DNA of 62,756 nucleotides, filler included, from Hyphochytrium catenoides (Eukaryota > Protista > Hyphochytriomycota), in assembly GCA_900088475.1 (NCBI GenBank). It is 8 parts of 8 records of this genome, joined end to end, with 100 filler letters (N's around TTAATTAATTAA, not from the genome) between each part and the next. Parts side by side here need not be neighbours in the genome. Positions count along the whole stretch, not along the records: positions 23,058 to 37,590 come from FLMG01002002.1; 7 more parts are not named here. One strand, written 5' to 3'. Of this stretch, positions 24,980 to 37,690 are shown in pieces. A program made the translations under genes and the position numbers. The notes below the pieces were generated by a model. The model had not been told where the DNA came from. It saw only the letters and a program-made list of their open reading frames with translations, and ran no database searches. Each line of letters opens with the position of its first letter. Positions within the stretch are counted from its first letter, which is position 1.

Positions 24980-25369
24980 AGTCCTGCCTAGCTTGTGTGT
25001 CTCTTTCTCTCTCTCCTACAGCGTCAGGAGCTTCATGGAGGAGAATAGGTAAGTAGCTTTCCTCTCTTCACACTCCCCAGCTAGCTCTTCGTCTCTTTCT
25101 CTCTCTTTCCTCAATGACTGCCTCTCTTTCTCTGTCTTGAGAGTTCCCCACCAGTAGGACACACGACACTCCTGCATGTACAGATTTACCGGAGAGAGAA
25201 AAAGAGAGAGGAGAGGAAGTTGCCGGTGTGATCAGTGATCAAGCACTTGGTTATCCGCGCGAGAGCGAGGAGAGACGGACCGAAGGGAGAAGGAAAGACA
25301 GAGAGAGAATGGTGAGAGAAAAAGGAAGACAGACACAGACAGAGAGAGAGCGAGAGAGAGCGAGAGAGA

Positions 25370-25424
<55 letters not shown>

Positions 25425-25459
25425 GCTCTGGGACTGGGATAGAGAGACATGAGAACCAC

Positions 25460-27625
25460 GCAAATGACGTTACAGCATCTGCTCAGTTATCGCAAACATG
25501 ATCATTAATTGATTTTAAATCTGATTTTGTACTTCTGTATCTCACTTTGTTTCACTGATCCTTTTTGACTTTTGATGCTCTATATTTTTTACGGCTTATG
25601 GAGCTTATTGCTACTACTATCGCTACTAACAGACTAATTCTAGAAGAAGAAGAAAGTGAAGAAGAAGAAGAGGCAGAAGAAGAGAAGGAAAGCTAAGAAG
25701 CCAAAGGCTCTTCCATCATCTCAGCTCGACCTGCTCCCTGCTGCTCATCATCAGTAAAAGAAGAATCATAGTTTTTGACTTCTGATGCTTTTGATCTTCT
25801 TGGTTTGGTCAAGCTAGTCAAATTGACGGACCAGCAGCAGCCAGCGCTGGCCTTCTCTGCTTTATTATTATCTTTACTTTTTTATTGAGTGGTGGACGGT
25901 AATAAGTAATACCTGTGGTAAACGGCGGCATAAATAAAAGCAATAATGCAAGAAGAAGGCCCACTACTAGGACTACTATGAGACGATACAAGCTGCAACA
26001 CACATACTAACATTCAGCATGCTGCAGCGCTCGAGGCTGGTTAACGTTGCTAGGTTAAGTCATGATGCCAAGCTCGCTCGTTACGCGGAGGAATAACCCT
26101 AAGCAGGATGATAATATGGTTTCGTCCCCCTGGTCTGGGAGACATTTGGTGGAGCTACCACGGAAGAAGTCCACGAATCGCTCCGCCACCGGAGGATTAG
26201 AGCAGTTCGCGACGACAAGTGCGGAGGAGGGGGTTTGTCTTCTTCTTCTCTCTTTAGTTCCATCTGTGAGAGGATATCAACACATTTCCAGCGCTGTAAT
26301 GCAACAGATGGTGCGCAGTCACCATGTTCTACAGCACCAGCAACAACTGCAACAGATGCGACGACGGAGGAGAGGTGGAGCCGCAGTCGTCCAACAAGAG
26401 GTTGTAGTATAATAGGCCTTAAGAGTTGGTAGGTTTATGACTAGTAGTAGGGTAGCGTAGCGATTTGTAATAGTACTCTTCACTTCTTTTTCTAAAAGTG
26501 GTCAATAACAAGCAAGAAAGACTTCGCCTCTGATGACCACAAACACTATAGAAGCCCTCCAGCAACAGCTCCAGGAATCTGTCCCAGGACACTCCCAGAC
26601 CACATTCTCAATGTGCGCAGGCTGAGGCGCTCTATGAAACACCATCTCTGCATTACGATTACTGCGTTGCAGGAGGACAGAGATCCGTCTGTACTGTAGG
26701 CGGTGTGACAGGGAGAGACGAGAGAGGACGACCAGCACTCGTACACCTGTGAGAGATAGCCCTAAGCCATTCTTTCAGGGTTGGCAGTAACACTACAGTA
26801 CCAAGCAAAACGTTACTCATAGTGATATCTATACCCAAACGCCGATTGTTGCACGGATGGGCTCTTTCTGCTGGTCCCTTTACTTGTCGAAAGCCTATGC
26901 CCAACAATCACCCAGAGATACTTTTGGTACTGGAAAGGAGTTTTGCTCGGCTTTGGAGGGTTAGTTCTACTCGTACACCTGTAGAACTATGGAATTAATT
27001 ATGTTTTACTCGCAGTTATGTTATGAGCTCCTCCTTATAAGGCCTTAACTGTCAACTCATTTATTGTAGACAAGAGAAAGAGGAGTAGTAGGAGAGAGAC
27101 GGAGCATTATTTGAGAGAGGAAAGAAAGGTATCCTAGAGAGCTGGTTGGAGCGGAAGAAGAAGAAGAGGAAACTAAGAATTCTCTCTTTCCGTACCTTCA
27201 ACTTCATAAAGGTATAAATCTATAGGTTTTTCATAGCTGTCCTGGCTCTTTATCCTCGCCTTTGGGTTCTAAAACCGCCTACTATGAGTTGGGTCACAGA
27301 ACCATTATTTCCTAGACCATCATCTTGCCTATCTTGTCACATTACGAACGGGAATAGATTTGTGAATGTAGTCCAAAGCTGGTATAGCATATGAAAGGCC
27401 CTTTTTAATCAATATGATAACGAAAAGTTCAGTGTGGCATGACTCACTCGTGAAAGATTCCATACGGTTCTATAATAAATTAGCGATCAAGTTTCTCTGC
27501 AACTATTACGATATTAACAACTTGCTGGATAGCGCTCAGCTGGAGCTTTAATATGGCGTTTAGAGCACTAAACATTTCCTAAACTAGGATCTAGACCGGA
27601 AGTTATGGCGATATTCTGTGGTGGT
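25460..27625. mobile_element. Microsatellite-free 2.1-kb insert; probable decayed or non-autonomous TE
   Basis: Sharp compositional boundaries against (AG)n on the left and (CT)n on the right. Only short, stop-interrupted frames; no clear TIR or TSD found by eye. Confidence 0.35.
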
Positions 27626-27626
27626 G

Positions 27627-27669
<43 letters not shown>

Positions 27670-27685
27670 NNNNNNNNNNNNNNNN

Positions 27686-27741
<56 letters not shown>

Positions 27742-28380
27742 CGTCTTTCTCTTTCTTTCTCTCTCTCTCTTCTAAACCTGACACACAACCTATTCAAGTA
27801 GTAGTACAGGAGTAGAAGTCCTTAAGTAGTCCTTCTTGTCTCTCCTTAAATTCGTCTCTTCTTCTTCTCCTCTGATCTCCATGCATCGTCTTTACGGACT
27901 TTTCTCTCTTTCTCTGTCTCCTCCCCTCTCTCTTCTCCTATTCTCTTCCAGTCAGTCCCGTCTTACAGAGAGAAAGAACACCGTCCTACAGTGGTGCAGA
28001 ACTCATTATCCGGAAGAGGAGAAGCCTTCTCTCTCCGACCGTCACCAATTCTCATACAAAAGTACAAACGGCCGGACGAGTTGTTGGAAGAAGGAGAGAG
28101 AGAGAGAGACATACAGAGAGAGAGGAAGAGAGAGAGAGAGAAGAATTAGAGGGACAGAGAGAGAGAGAGAGAGATAGACGGACAAAGAGAAAAAGGAGAA
28201 CAAAGATGCACGTGCATCTTGAGTCCGTCAAGCAATCTTCTTCTTCGTCGTCACATGCCCGGCGGCCTGCGCTGGCTGGGTGGCGAAGAAGAATGATGAC
28301 AAGCAGATTGTTGCTTTTCTTCTTTCACTGTCTCAAGGCGAAAGTTATGTGCTTGTTGATCTTTTATAAAGAGCAATGAT

Positions 28381-28426
<46 letters not shown>

Positions 28427-29151
28427 GAAAAGCATAGCAATGATGATGATGATAGAGTAAGGTCATCACACTCTTCTTATTATACGCCGTGTAGAAGAGA
28501 GGGCTGGTCGATGTCATCAACTGGTGCAAGCTGGCTCTCCTCCGTTATAATCTCTTCTTGTTAATAAGAGCTTTGGGAGTCTCTTATTCCTTGCGTTCTT
28601 TCTGTGAGTTCCTCTCTCTTCTTTCTCTCTCTCTCTTTTTCTCTCCCTGTGTCCCTTGTTTATGGTTTATGATAGGCTCTTATCGCTCGCCCGCAAAAGG
28701 GTTGAAGGCAGCTCTTTGATTGCTGGGAAAGAGAGAAAGAGAGAGAGATAGAAACAAAGAGAGAGAGAGAGACAGAGACAAAAAAAAAGCTGAATGTGGG
28801 AGGGTCGTGACATAAATAGTTCAAAGATTTTTTTTAAAGAAATGGCGGGGCCAAACGAGGGAAGAACAGATAAAGAAAAGATGGATTGGGAAGAGAGATG
28901 GAAGGGGAGCTCTGGGTGCGGGAGAGAGAGAGAAAGAGAGGTCAAACAGAGAAAGAGGGAAAAAGCTTGAATTTTTGTTACATAATCGTGGGCAGATGTT
29001 CGGCAGAAGGAGACACAAGGAAAGAGGGACGCACATCTATGATTGATGTACAAAGAGAGAGCAGAGAGAAAAAGAGGAGGAGAGAGAGAGTGTGAGAGAG
29101 AGAGAAAAAGAGGAGGAGAGAGAGAGAGTGTGAGAGAGAGAGAGAGAGTGT

Positions 29152-29182
<31 letters not shown>

Positions 29183-30145
29183 TTAGGTGTATGTGGATTT
29201 ATTGCCGTTATTACTAAGATAATAGAGGAGAGGAGCCATGAAGAAGATTGCGGGGAAGCGCCAAGAAAGGAAGAGAGAAACATGAGAGGAAGAGAGAAAG
29301 GCAAAAGGAAGTACGCGAGAATTGGAGAAGGGGAGACGGGTAAGAAGATAATGTAAGCGCATTGGCAGGAAAAGAGAATCTCTCTCTCTTCTCCTCAAAA
29401 ATTTTAGAGGAGTTTCCTTGGATAAAGAAGGTTTGTTGAGGATATTTGAATCTAGGGAGAAGTCGACTGAGTGAGCAGNNNNNNNNNNNNNNNNNNNNNN
29501 ATGCATTGCAGCGAGAAGAGCTAGTAAAATGACCAGAAGAGAGAGAGAGAGAGAGAGGAAATGATGTGAAAGAGTGTAAAAAAAGACGAGGAGAAGACTC
29601 GTCAAGTATCTTGGTTCGAGACGCCTATTCAAGAAAAAGAGGAGAGAAAGGGCACAGAGAGAGAGAGCGAGAGAGAGACTCTGAACGAGAGAGAAAAGGA
29701 TGCATCACTGGAATGTGGGACGTCGGGCACACGCCGTTTCTCTGCTTGTGCCATATGGAGGACAGAGAGAGAGAGAGAGATTGTGTGAGAGAGAAAGGGA
29801 CATGCATGTGCCGAGTTAGTACACAGGAGCAGAGAGGGAAGAAGAAGTCAGAGAAAAATTGTTGAAGGAGGGACGGCTTATAAGCACAAGAGGAGGGAGA
29901 GAAAGAGAGCGCCCCCACGAGGGGGGGAGAGAGAGAGAGAAGAGAGGCAGACGGCTCGTCTCTTTCTAAGTGTCCTGCTAACACCCTTTTAGAGTTCGGA
30001 CGAAGAACCTCTTTCTTTCTCTGTCTCTCTTCCAGATCATCACATATTCGTCAGGTCTCTCCTCTTTCTCTCCAGCTTCTTCCTGTCAGCAGGGGCGCCA
30101 AGATCTAGACTTTCTTTGTTGCTTGGTCTTGCAACACTTTGTGGT

Positions 30146-30184
<39 letters not shown>

Positions 30185-30628
30185 CCTGCTCACATTCACA
30201 AGAGGCAACATGCGGAGCTCAGTCAATTTCATGTTTCTAGATACGGAGAAACAGCTCATTCATACTGCAGATCATGGAAAGAGAAGAAAAAAGAGGAGAA
30301 AGGCATCAGGAAACGAGGAAGGGCGGTCGACTGCAGCAGAGAAGAGATGGAGAAAAAGGGATGCCACAATTTTACAAAGACTCCAGGAAAAAAGAAAGAA
30401 GAAAAGAAAAGAGGGACGAGAGAGAGAGACGAGAGACAGAGAGACAGGGAGAGCGAAAGAGAGAGAGAAAATGAGGATCTTCCACCCGCAGCGGGAGGAC
30501 AGCAGCAGCAACCCTTCTGGGTGCATGTGACCATGGCACCCGCATCTAGAGACAGGACATGTGAGAGTAAACGAAGAGAAGGAAAGAGAGAAAAAAGAAA
30601 GAGAGAGCCTCCGGGCCATGGCACGTTG

Positions 30629-30667
<39 letters not shown>

Positions 30668-30837
30668 CGGGGAAAGGAAAAATGTGCAGAGTACGAGGAG
30701 AGTCTCCGCAAGATCCGGGGAAAGATTAATAGAGGAGAAAGAGAGAGGTAGAGAGCTCTTCGATGTACGGAACCGTAGAACATTGTTCCATTGAGACGCT
30801 AAAAATTAGCTACTCGCACTCCTTTTGGATGACTCAG

Positions 30838-30873
<36 letters not shown>

Positions 30874-31298
30874 ACTCTCTCTCTCTCCCTCTCCCCGTCT
30901 GTTTGTTCCTCTCGCGTCGTTTCATTGCAAGCATTAGAGACATCTGCTTTTTCCCTACAATGAGTAGTAGTGCTCCCCTTGCTATCACTATCTTCTTTCT
31001 CTCTTCTTTCTCCCTCTTTCTCTCTTTCTCTCTCTCTTTCTCTTCTCCGTGCCTATTGGCGGATGACAGTCATCGGGCGGCAGACGCTCTCTCCTTCTGC
31101 GGGGGAGGATAAGAAGAGAGAGGAAGAGAAAAGACCTCGTTGCTTATAAAACTTTTGTCTCCTAGTGCGATGGTGGCGGTGAGACAGAGTGACGGTCAGG
31201 ATAAGATTTGAAGAGGAAGAGACAGAGCTCGGGATGGCACCACAGCTTTTACGATTAGTGAAGGCGACCGCTTAACTCTTTCTCTGTCCTCAGTCTTC

Positions 31299-31331
<33 letters not shown>

Positions 31332-33062
31332 TTTTCTCTCTCTCTCTCACTCTCTGTGCAGCTCTCATTGTAACTGCTTGGTATCTGACTCTTTCTCTCT
31401 CTCTAATCTAGCAACGGGGCTTTCCTTTTTCTCTCTCTTTATCTCTGATCATAGATGTCTAAAAGGACGGAGCAGGGAGGCTAGCAGTTGAAGGGAACAT
31501 AGAGAGAAGAAAGAAAAAGAGAGAGAGTGAGAGAGAGAGAGAGAAGAAGAAGAAGAAGAGATATAGCATGCAGAAGAGAAAGAGAGAGAGAAAGGATGAA
31601 GAGACAAGGCATAGTTCTATGGTCCTACATGTCAAGGCTTATATATTTTGGAGCAGAGAGGAGGGAAGAGACGGTCTTTCTCTTGTTTGTCTCCAAAGTA
31701 ATAGCAAATCTATCAAAGAGAGAGAGAGAGAGAGAGAAGGAAGAGAGATCTCCAGAGAGTGAGAGAGGCCTGAGATGATTGAGCGGCTGACTCTAAGTAA
31801 CGGGTAGGAAACACTGCAGAGAGATAGGAAAAACCCCGACGTAAGACACAAAGGGTACTAAGATGAGAAAAGTGGATATGAAAAGCGACACAGAGAAAGA
31901 GAAAGAGAGAGAGAGACCCAATGCAAAGCTTACTACCTACTACTTCCCAGTATTGAGAGGAGGCGTCTCTCTCTGTCTCTCTCTCCCACCTTTTCTCTCT
32001 CTGGCACATGTCATCCTATTGTGCGGAGAAGGACCTCAAAAGATGTCCCGTAAAGTTCTTGACAAAAAGAGAGAAAGAGAGGCAGCCAGGGACAGCAAAC
32101 GACAGGCACAAGAGAGGAAAGAGATAAAGAAAACAGAGAGAAAGAGAGGGAAGAGAGAGACAGAGAAGCATAGGCAAGTGGAGGAGGCTACCAGGTAAAG
32201 AACGAATGCTATCTTGAAGGAACGTGTGCCTCACCCACTCTCAATCTCTCTCTCTCTCTCTGTGTGTGTGTCTCTCTCTCTCTCTCTCGCAAAGAGCTTT
32301 TCCTGAGAAAACCTTAAAGACAAGGGATTCCTTCTCTTTCCTTTCTCTCTCTCTCTTTCTCATACGTCTTCTCACTGTGTCTCTCTGTCTCTTGCCTGCC
32401 TCTCTTTGTATCACTCTGTCTCTCCCTCTCTCTCTCCATCAAGAAAAAAAAGAACGAGAAATCCATTTACTTCAAAGAGGGAACCTTTCAAGAAGCAAAC
32501 CCTCAATAAATTTCTTGGCTCCCGAAAACTACCTTGGAAAGGAAATAAATGTTTCAATGTTTCACAGATACAGTTTTGCAGTATAGCAGTGTTCGTCCAA
32601 TTGTCAGTACTATCACCGATCTCTCTCTCTCTCTCTCCCTCTCTTCTTCTTAGCTTCTCTCTCTGTCTTTCTAGTTTCCCTTTCCTATCTCTCCTTTTTA
32701 ACAATCTCTCTGTTTTCAAAATATCTCTCCTTCTTTCTTTCTCTCTCTCTCTGCTCTCCGTCCTCTACCTTGTGTCGTCCTTCTCTTCTTCCATTATAGA
32801 GCCGGAGAGTCGACGCGAATATTTGGCCGCGATTTACCTTGCTTCTTTAGACAAACTTCTTAACCTCTACCTTAGTCTCTCTCTCTCTCTTTTTTTCTCT
32901 CTCCCTCTTTCCCCTTTATCTGCTAGAAAGTATGTGAGAGCGCACAAGCCAGGCCCTGGGAAGGAAAGTCTAGGCCTTACGATGTTGCTATCAATCTTCC
33001 GTATCGATGTCAAAAAGTATCCGGCGTTTCCTGATGGAGAGAATCAGAGTCGGTTCTGCTCT

Positions 33063-33126
<64 letters not shown>

Positions 33127-34048
33127 GGCCCGACAGACAGGCCTAGAGTTGTTAGCATGCTGCTCAAGCTTCCGGACAAGACGCCATACAGAGCCACTTA
33201 CGGGTTATTGTTAGGGAGCAGGGTAAAACCGTCATCACTGGGTCTCCTCTCTTTCTCTCTCTCTCTCTCTATTTTTTCCTCTGTCTCTCTCTCTCTCCTT
33301 CTTCCCGATCTTTCCTATACTGTACGGCAGATAACGTCCGTTGCTCTGTAACTCTCCCACATGGAGGAACGAAGCTCTGAACGTGATCAAAAAAGAGGAA
33401 AGAGGAGAGCGTTTCCTGGTGTGAGTGGAGTTGTGTCTTACCCTGGGTCATACATTCGGTAGATGGTGCCTTTGGAGTCTCTCTCCTCTCTTTTTCTCCC
33501 TCTCTCTGTGTCTCTCCCTTTCCAACATTGATCTCAATGTACACGATACTGTTTTCACATTCTCTCTCTCTCTCTTTTCTACGCCCTGCGTCCACATCGT
33601 GGCTGCACTGATAGCAGGATTGTCTTTCCATTCTTGTGGGTACTGCGTCTTCTCTCTCTCTCTCTCCCTCTCTCTCTCTCTCAATCCACCTCTGCTTCCG
33701 CTTGCCCTTTCTCCTATCCTCATTGTCCGACGTTAGCTTCAGGCCTGTCAATGCTCATTTTCCTGGCTTTGGACCAAGAGCGACGCTGCCTCCAGACACT
33801 TCATTTTCAAAACTCGGAACTTCCAAGCAGCTCTTTGTTATCTCTCTCTTACCATCTCTTTATCGCGTTCTCTCCTCTCTTTCTCTCTCTCTCCTCTCTC
33901 TCTCCCTGTTGTCCAAGCTTGCGCGCCGCCAACAGGCCTGAGACCTCAAAGTCGTTGTTTCTCAGGAAAATTTTCGCCAGCCGCCTCTCGTTTTCTCTCT
34001 CTTTTTCTCTTTCTCTCTCTCTCTCTCTCCTCTTCACAACCAGGACAA

Positions 34049-35485
34049 ATGACGGCAGAAGTCTCTCTCCCTTCCCTTCCCCTCCCGTCCTCTCTGAAAA
34101 AAGAGGTCGAAGACATTCTCGAAGAAGAGGAAGAAGACATAGACGAAGAAGAGGAGGTAGGAGAGAAAACTCTTCTCTCTTCTTCTCCTTCTCCTCAAAG
34201 CGAGAGCGAGAACGAATCTTCTTCGACCGAAGAAAGCACCACGAACAGCCCGAGCTCCGTCCCCAGCGGCTCAGCCGCCAAGCCCACGCCTCCGTCTGTC
34301 ACGCCTCACGTGGCGCCTTTCTTAGAGAAACTCTCCGCCATCCTCGCCGTTGAAGATCCGAAGATTATCTGCTGGTCAGATGACGGAAAATCCTTTGAGA
34401 TCCACAATCTGAAGCTTTTCACTGATGTTATCTTAGCCAAATACTTCCGGCACAACCGCTTCGCCAGCTTCCAGCGGCAGCTCAACTACTTTGGCTTCAA
34501 GAAGATGAGCAAGTTCATGTCGAACATCTGCACCTACTCGCGGCAGCATTTCTCTAGAGACCGTCCTGAGGATATCAAGCTTATCAAGAGGAACAAGAAG
34601 AGCTCATCGCAAAAGGCGCAGCAGCAGAAGAACTATAATCTGCTTCTCTCTACCGCGATGGCGCGCTCTGTCGGCGTCAAGCGCCCGTTTGACGCGCTGG
34701 ACATCCACAGCGCTTATCAGCAGTATCCTAACCAGCTGATGCGCCTCGGAGACGCTGCTAATCTTTATCTGGCGCAGACGGCGATGGCTAACAATCCTTA
34801 TGCAAGCTACACGGCCATCCCCACGCCGCATGAGTATCCTTCTCTCTCTCCTGCGGCCCATCATCAGCAGTTAGAGCATCAGCATCAGCAGCATCATCCT
34901 CATCATCAAGCGGGAGAGAACGGCCATGCGTCCGTCTCTTCTTCCATGGCAGGAGAGAACAATGGCGCTCACGGAGCTGCAGGCGGCGCCGGAGTTTATC
35001 GCCATTCTCCGCAAGAGCCTCTCTTCGACTCTGCGACGATTGACATTGCTTGGGATACAATCTTTCCTGCTGCTGCACAGCTTGTTGGCCTTCCGATGGG
35101 AGGAGGAGAAGCCGCAGGAGAGAGCCAGGAACAGAGCCATCACCATGACGTGGAGCCACACTCTTTCTCTCTCTCTTCCTCTCCTGCTGCTGTCTCCACA
35201 GCGCTTCCTCCTGTCTCCACGCCTTCTCCCATGCACTTCAATGACTTCCACACTGCTCCCTCTCCTTTCCACATGGGAGGCGGCGCAGGAGCAGCAGCAG
35301 CGGGAGGTGTCTCTTCCTCTGTAGAAACTGTTGGCACGGGAAGTCTCTTCTCTTCTGGCTGTGGAGCAAACGATCCAAAGCCATTTGTTGGGGCTTTTCC
35401 AGTCGGAGGATACGCGACCGGAGGGTTTATGGGCTTTGGAGGCGGTGTCTTTCGCGGCCCTAACGAGCTGAAGATCAAGCACTAG
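34049..35485 (+). CDS. Heat-shock-factor-type transcription factor (478 aa, single exon)
   Basis: HSF DNA-binding domain PFLEKL..IICWSDDGKSFEI..LAKYFRHNRFASFQRQLNYFGFKK..HFSRDRPEDIKLIKR at about 34310-34590, with an acidic N-terminus and a Q/H/G-rich tail. Confidence 0.93.
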   Translation: MTAEVSLPSLPLPSSLKKEVEDILEEEEEDIDEEEEVGEKTLLSSSPSPQSESENESSSTEESTTNSPSSVPSGSAAKPTPPSVTPHVAPFLEKLSAILAVEDPKIICWSDDGKSFEIHNLKLFTDVILAKYFRHNRFASFQRQLNYFGFKKMSKFMSNICTYSRQHFSRDRPEDIKLIKRNKKSSSQKAQQQKNYNLLLSTAMARSVGVKRPFDALDIHSAYQQYPNQLMRLGDAANLYLAQTAMANNPYASYTAIPTPHEYPSLSPAAHHQQLEHQHQQHHPHHQAGENGHASVSSSMAGENNGAHGAAGGAGVYRHSPQEPLFDSATIDIAWDTIFPAAAQLVGLPMGGGEAAGESQEQSHHHDVEPHSFSLSSSPAAVSTALPPVSTPSPMHFNDFHTAPSPFHMGGGAGAAAAGGVSSSVETVGTGSLFSSGCGANDPKPFVGAFPVGGYATGGFMGFGGGVFRGPNELKIKH

Positions 35486-36358
35486 GACGCTTTAGGTCTC
35501 TCTCTCTCTCTCTCTCCTTCTCTCTCTCTTTCTTTCTCTCGTTCTCTCTCTCTCGCTTTTTTGTTTCCCGTTGGCTATCTGCTCGTGAGAGAGAGACGTG
35601 CTTTATTTATTCTTTAGATAGTTCGGTGTGACATAGTCGTAACGATAATGATCAGGTCATAGGCATAGACTGCCTCTGTCTCTCTTCAAACAGATCCTGG
35701 GCATCACCTTCTTTCTTTCTCTCTCCCTCTCTCCCTCCCTCTCTATCTCTCTCTTCCCCTCTACCCTCCTTCGTTCGTCGATATCTCTCCTTCTCTAAAC
35801 TCATTCCCTCTCCTCCTCTTTTTTTTCCATCTTCTCGCCACTTTTCTTTTCTCTTCTCTCCTCCCATTCTGCTTCTCTCTCTCTTTCTCTCTCTCTCTCC
35901 CCGCCTTCCCTCCCATTTGCCTATGTTCTTCTCCTTTTTCCTCTGCAGTGCACGAGCAAAATTGGTGGAGAGCGAGGAGGGAAGAAAGACAGACAAAAGA
36001 GGGGGCAAGAGAGAGAGAGAGGAAGAGAAAAAGAGGAGAGTCAACAAGAGACTGTGACGGTCCAAGAGAAACATAGGAAAAATGAAGAGAGAAGAGAAGA
36101 AAGAGGAAGAGAGACAAGAAGGGAGGAGAACGGGAGACCTTCTTCCACTGGCCAGAGTGGATGTGCCCGGAGCCTTTGTGGACCTTGCCGCAGCGCATAA
36201 GCTCAGCAAGGAGGAGAGAGATGTGTGCGGCAAAGAAGGGTGACGATCGAGAGAGAGAGAGAGGGGGAGCGAGAGAGGAGAGAGAGAAAGAGAGAAGAGT
36301 TGGCTCTCAGGAATGATCAGGGTTAGGCATGCAATTGCGTAATACCTTGGGGGACAGT

Positions 36359-36391
<33 letters not shown>

Positions 36392-37031
36392 AAGAGTGAG
36401 AGAGAGAGCCAAGAGAGAAAGAGAGAGCCAAGAGCATGGGAGTGAGAGAGAGAGAGCGCTTACCGAACGAGAAAGAGAAACTCCGCCTAAGAAAAGTGAT
36501 GGAAATAACGGTACAAAGGTGGATGCCGCCGTGGCAAGGATGCGCGAGAGGCGCCACAAAGGTTGTTGAGCACAGGTAGAGGTGACGAGAGGAAAAAAAG
36601 GAGAGATAGGGATAGATGTGTAGAAAAAGAGAGAGAAAGTAAAAGAGAGAGAAGAGAGAAAGGAAAGAAACAAAGAGAGAGAACATGATTGAGCGAAAGT
36701 AAGGGCGAAGTGAAAAGCGAAGGTTGGAGAAGAACACTATTATTGCCGAAGAAGCTTCCTCCAAACGATGGAAGCTCAAAGTGAGAAAGAAAACATGTAG
36801 AAGAGAGAGAGAGAGAGAGAGAGAGAGGTAGCGAGAAGAGAGAGAGAAGAGAGAGATAAAAGGAGAGAAAGGGCTAGAATCGGAAGAAAGAAGAGTACGA
36901 GAGACAGAGAGACGACAACGAGAAAGAGAGAGAGAAGAGGAGACACCAACCGACACGAGGACGAAGAAGTAGGCTTCTGCCTGTGTCAGGTGCCCAGCCT
37001 GCTTCGTCAGTAGTGGGCGTTGATTTATTAG

Positions 37032-37080
<49 letters not shown>

Positions 37081-37690
37081 TAAATCTCTGCCTCTCTCTC
37101 TTGTTTCGTCTTTCTCTCCCTTCTCTGTCTCACCTTTCTCTCTCTTCGCCAAACTTCCCTCAATGTGATCTCCTCTCTCACTCTCTCTGTCTCTGTGTTA
37201 CTCTGTCTCTCTCTCTCTAAATCTGTCTTTTTCTTTTTCCTACTCTACCTACCTAAAGGAAAGCTTTCGGCCCCAAAATAGCACAGGTTTCATGAAAACA
37301 TCTGCTTGGTTCTTGGGATGGACATTAAGAAAACAGCGTAAAAACCCAAGGAAAATGAATGCTATCTCCAAAATTAGCACATTGGCTTGACCGAAATCTA
37401 TTCTTGGTGCCCTCTACTGACGATTTTTGAAGTGTGTAACTGCCCGAACAAGTGCAACCGTAACGGACCACAAAAGCTGGGGCAATAAAATCTTAGGAAT
37501 ATGGACTTTCTCACTTCCTCTTCCGCTTCTCTTCCCTCTCTCTCTCCTCCTCTCTTCTCTCTCTCTCTCCTCCTCTCTCTCTCTCTCTCTNNNNNNNNNN
37601 NNNNNNNNNNNNNNNNNNNNNNNNNNNNNNNNNNTTAATTAATTAANNNNNNNNNNNNNNNNNNNNNNNNNNNNNNNNNNNNNNNNNNNN

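Noticed and set aside
35652-37152. Small minus-strand multi-exon gene downstream of HSF
   Set aside because: Non-repetitive patches exist, but I could not build a consistent start and exon chain or recognise a domain.
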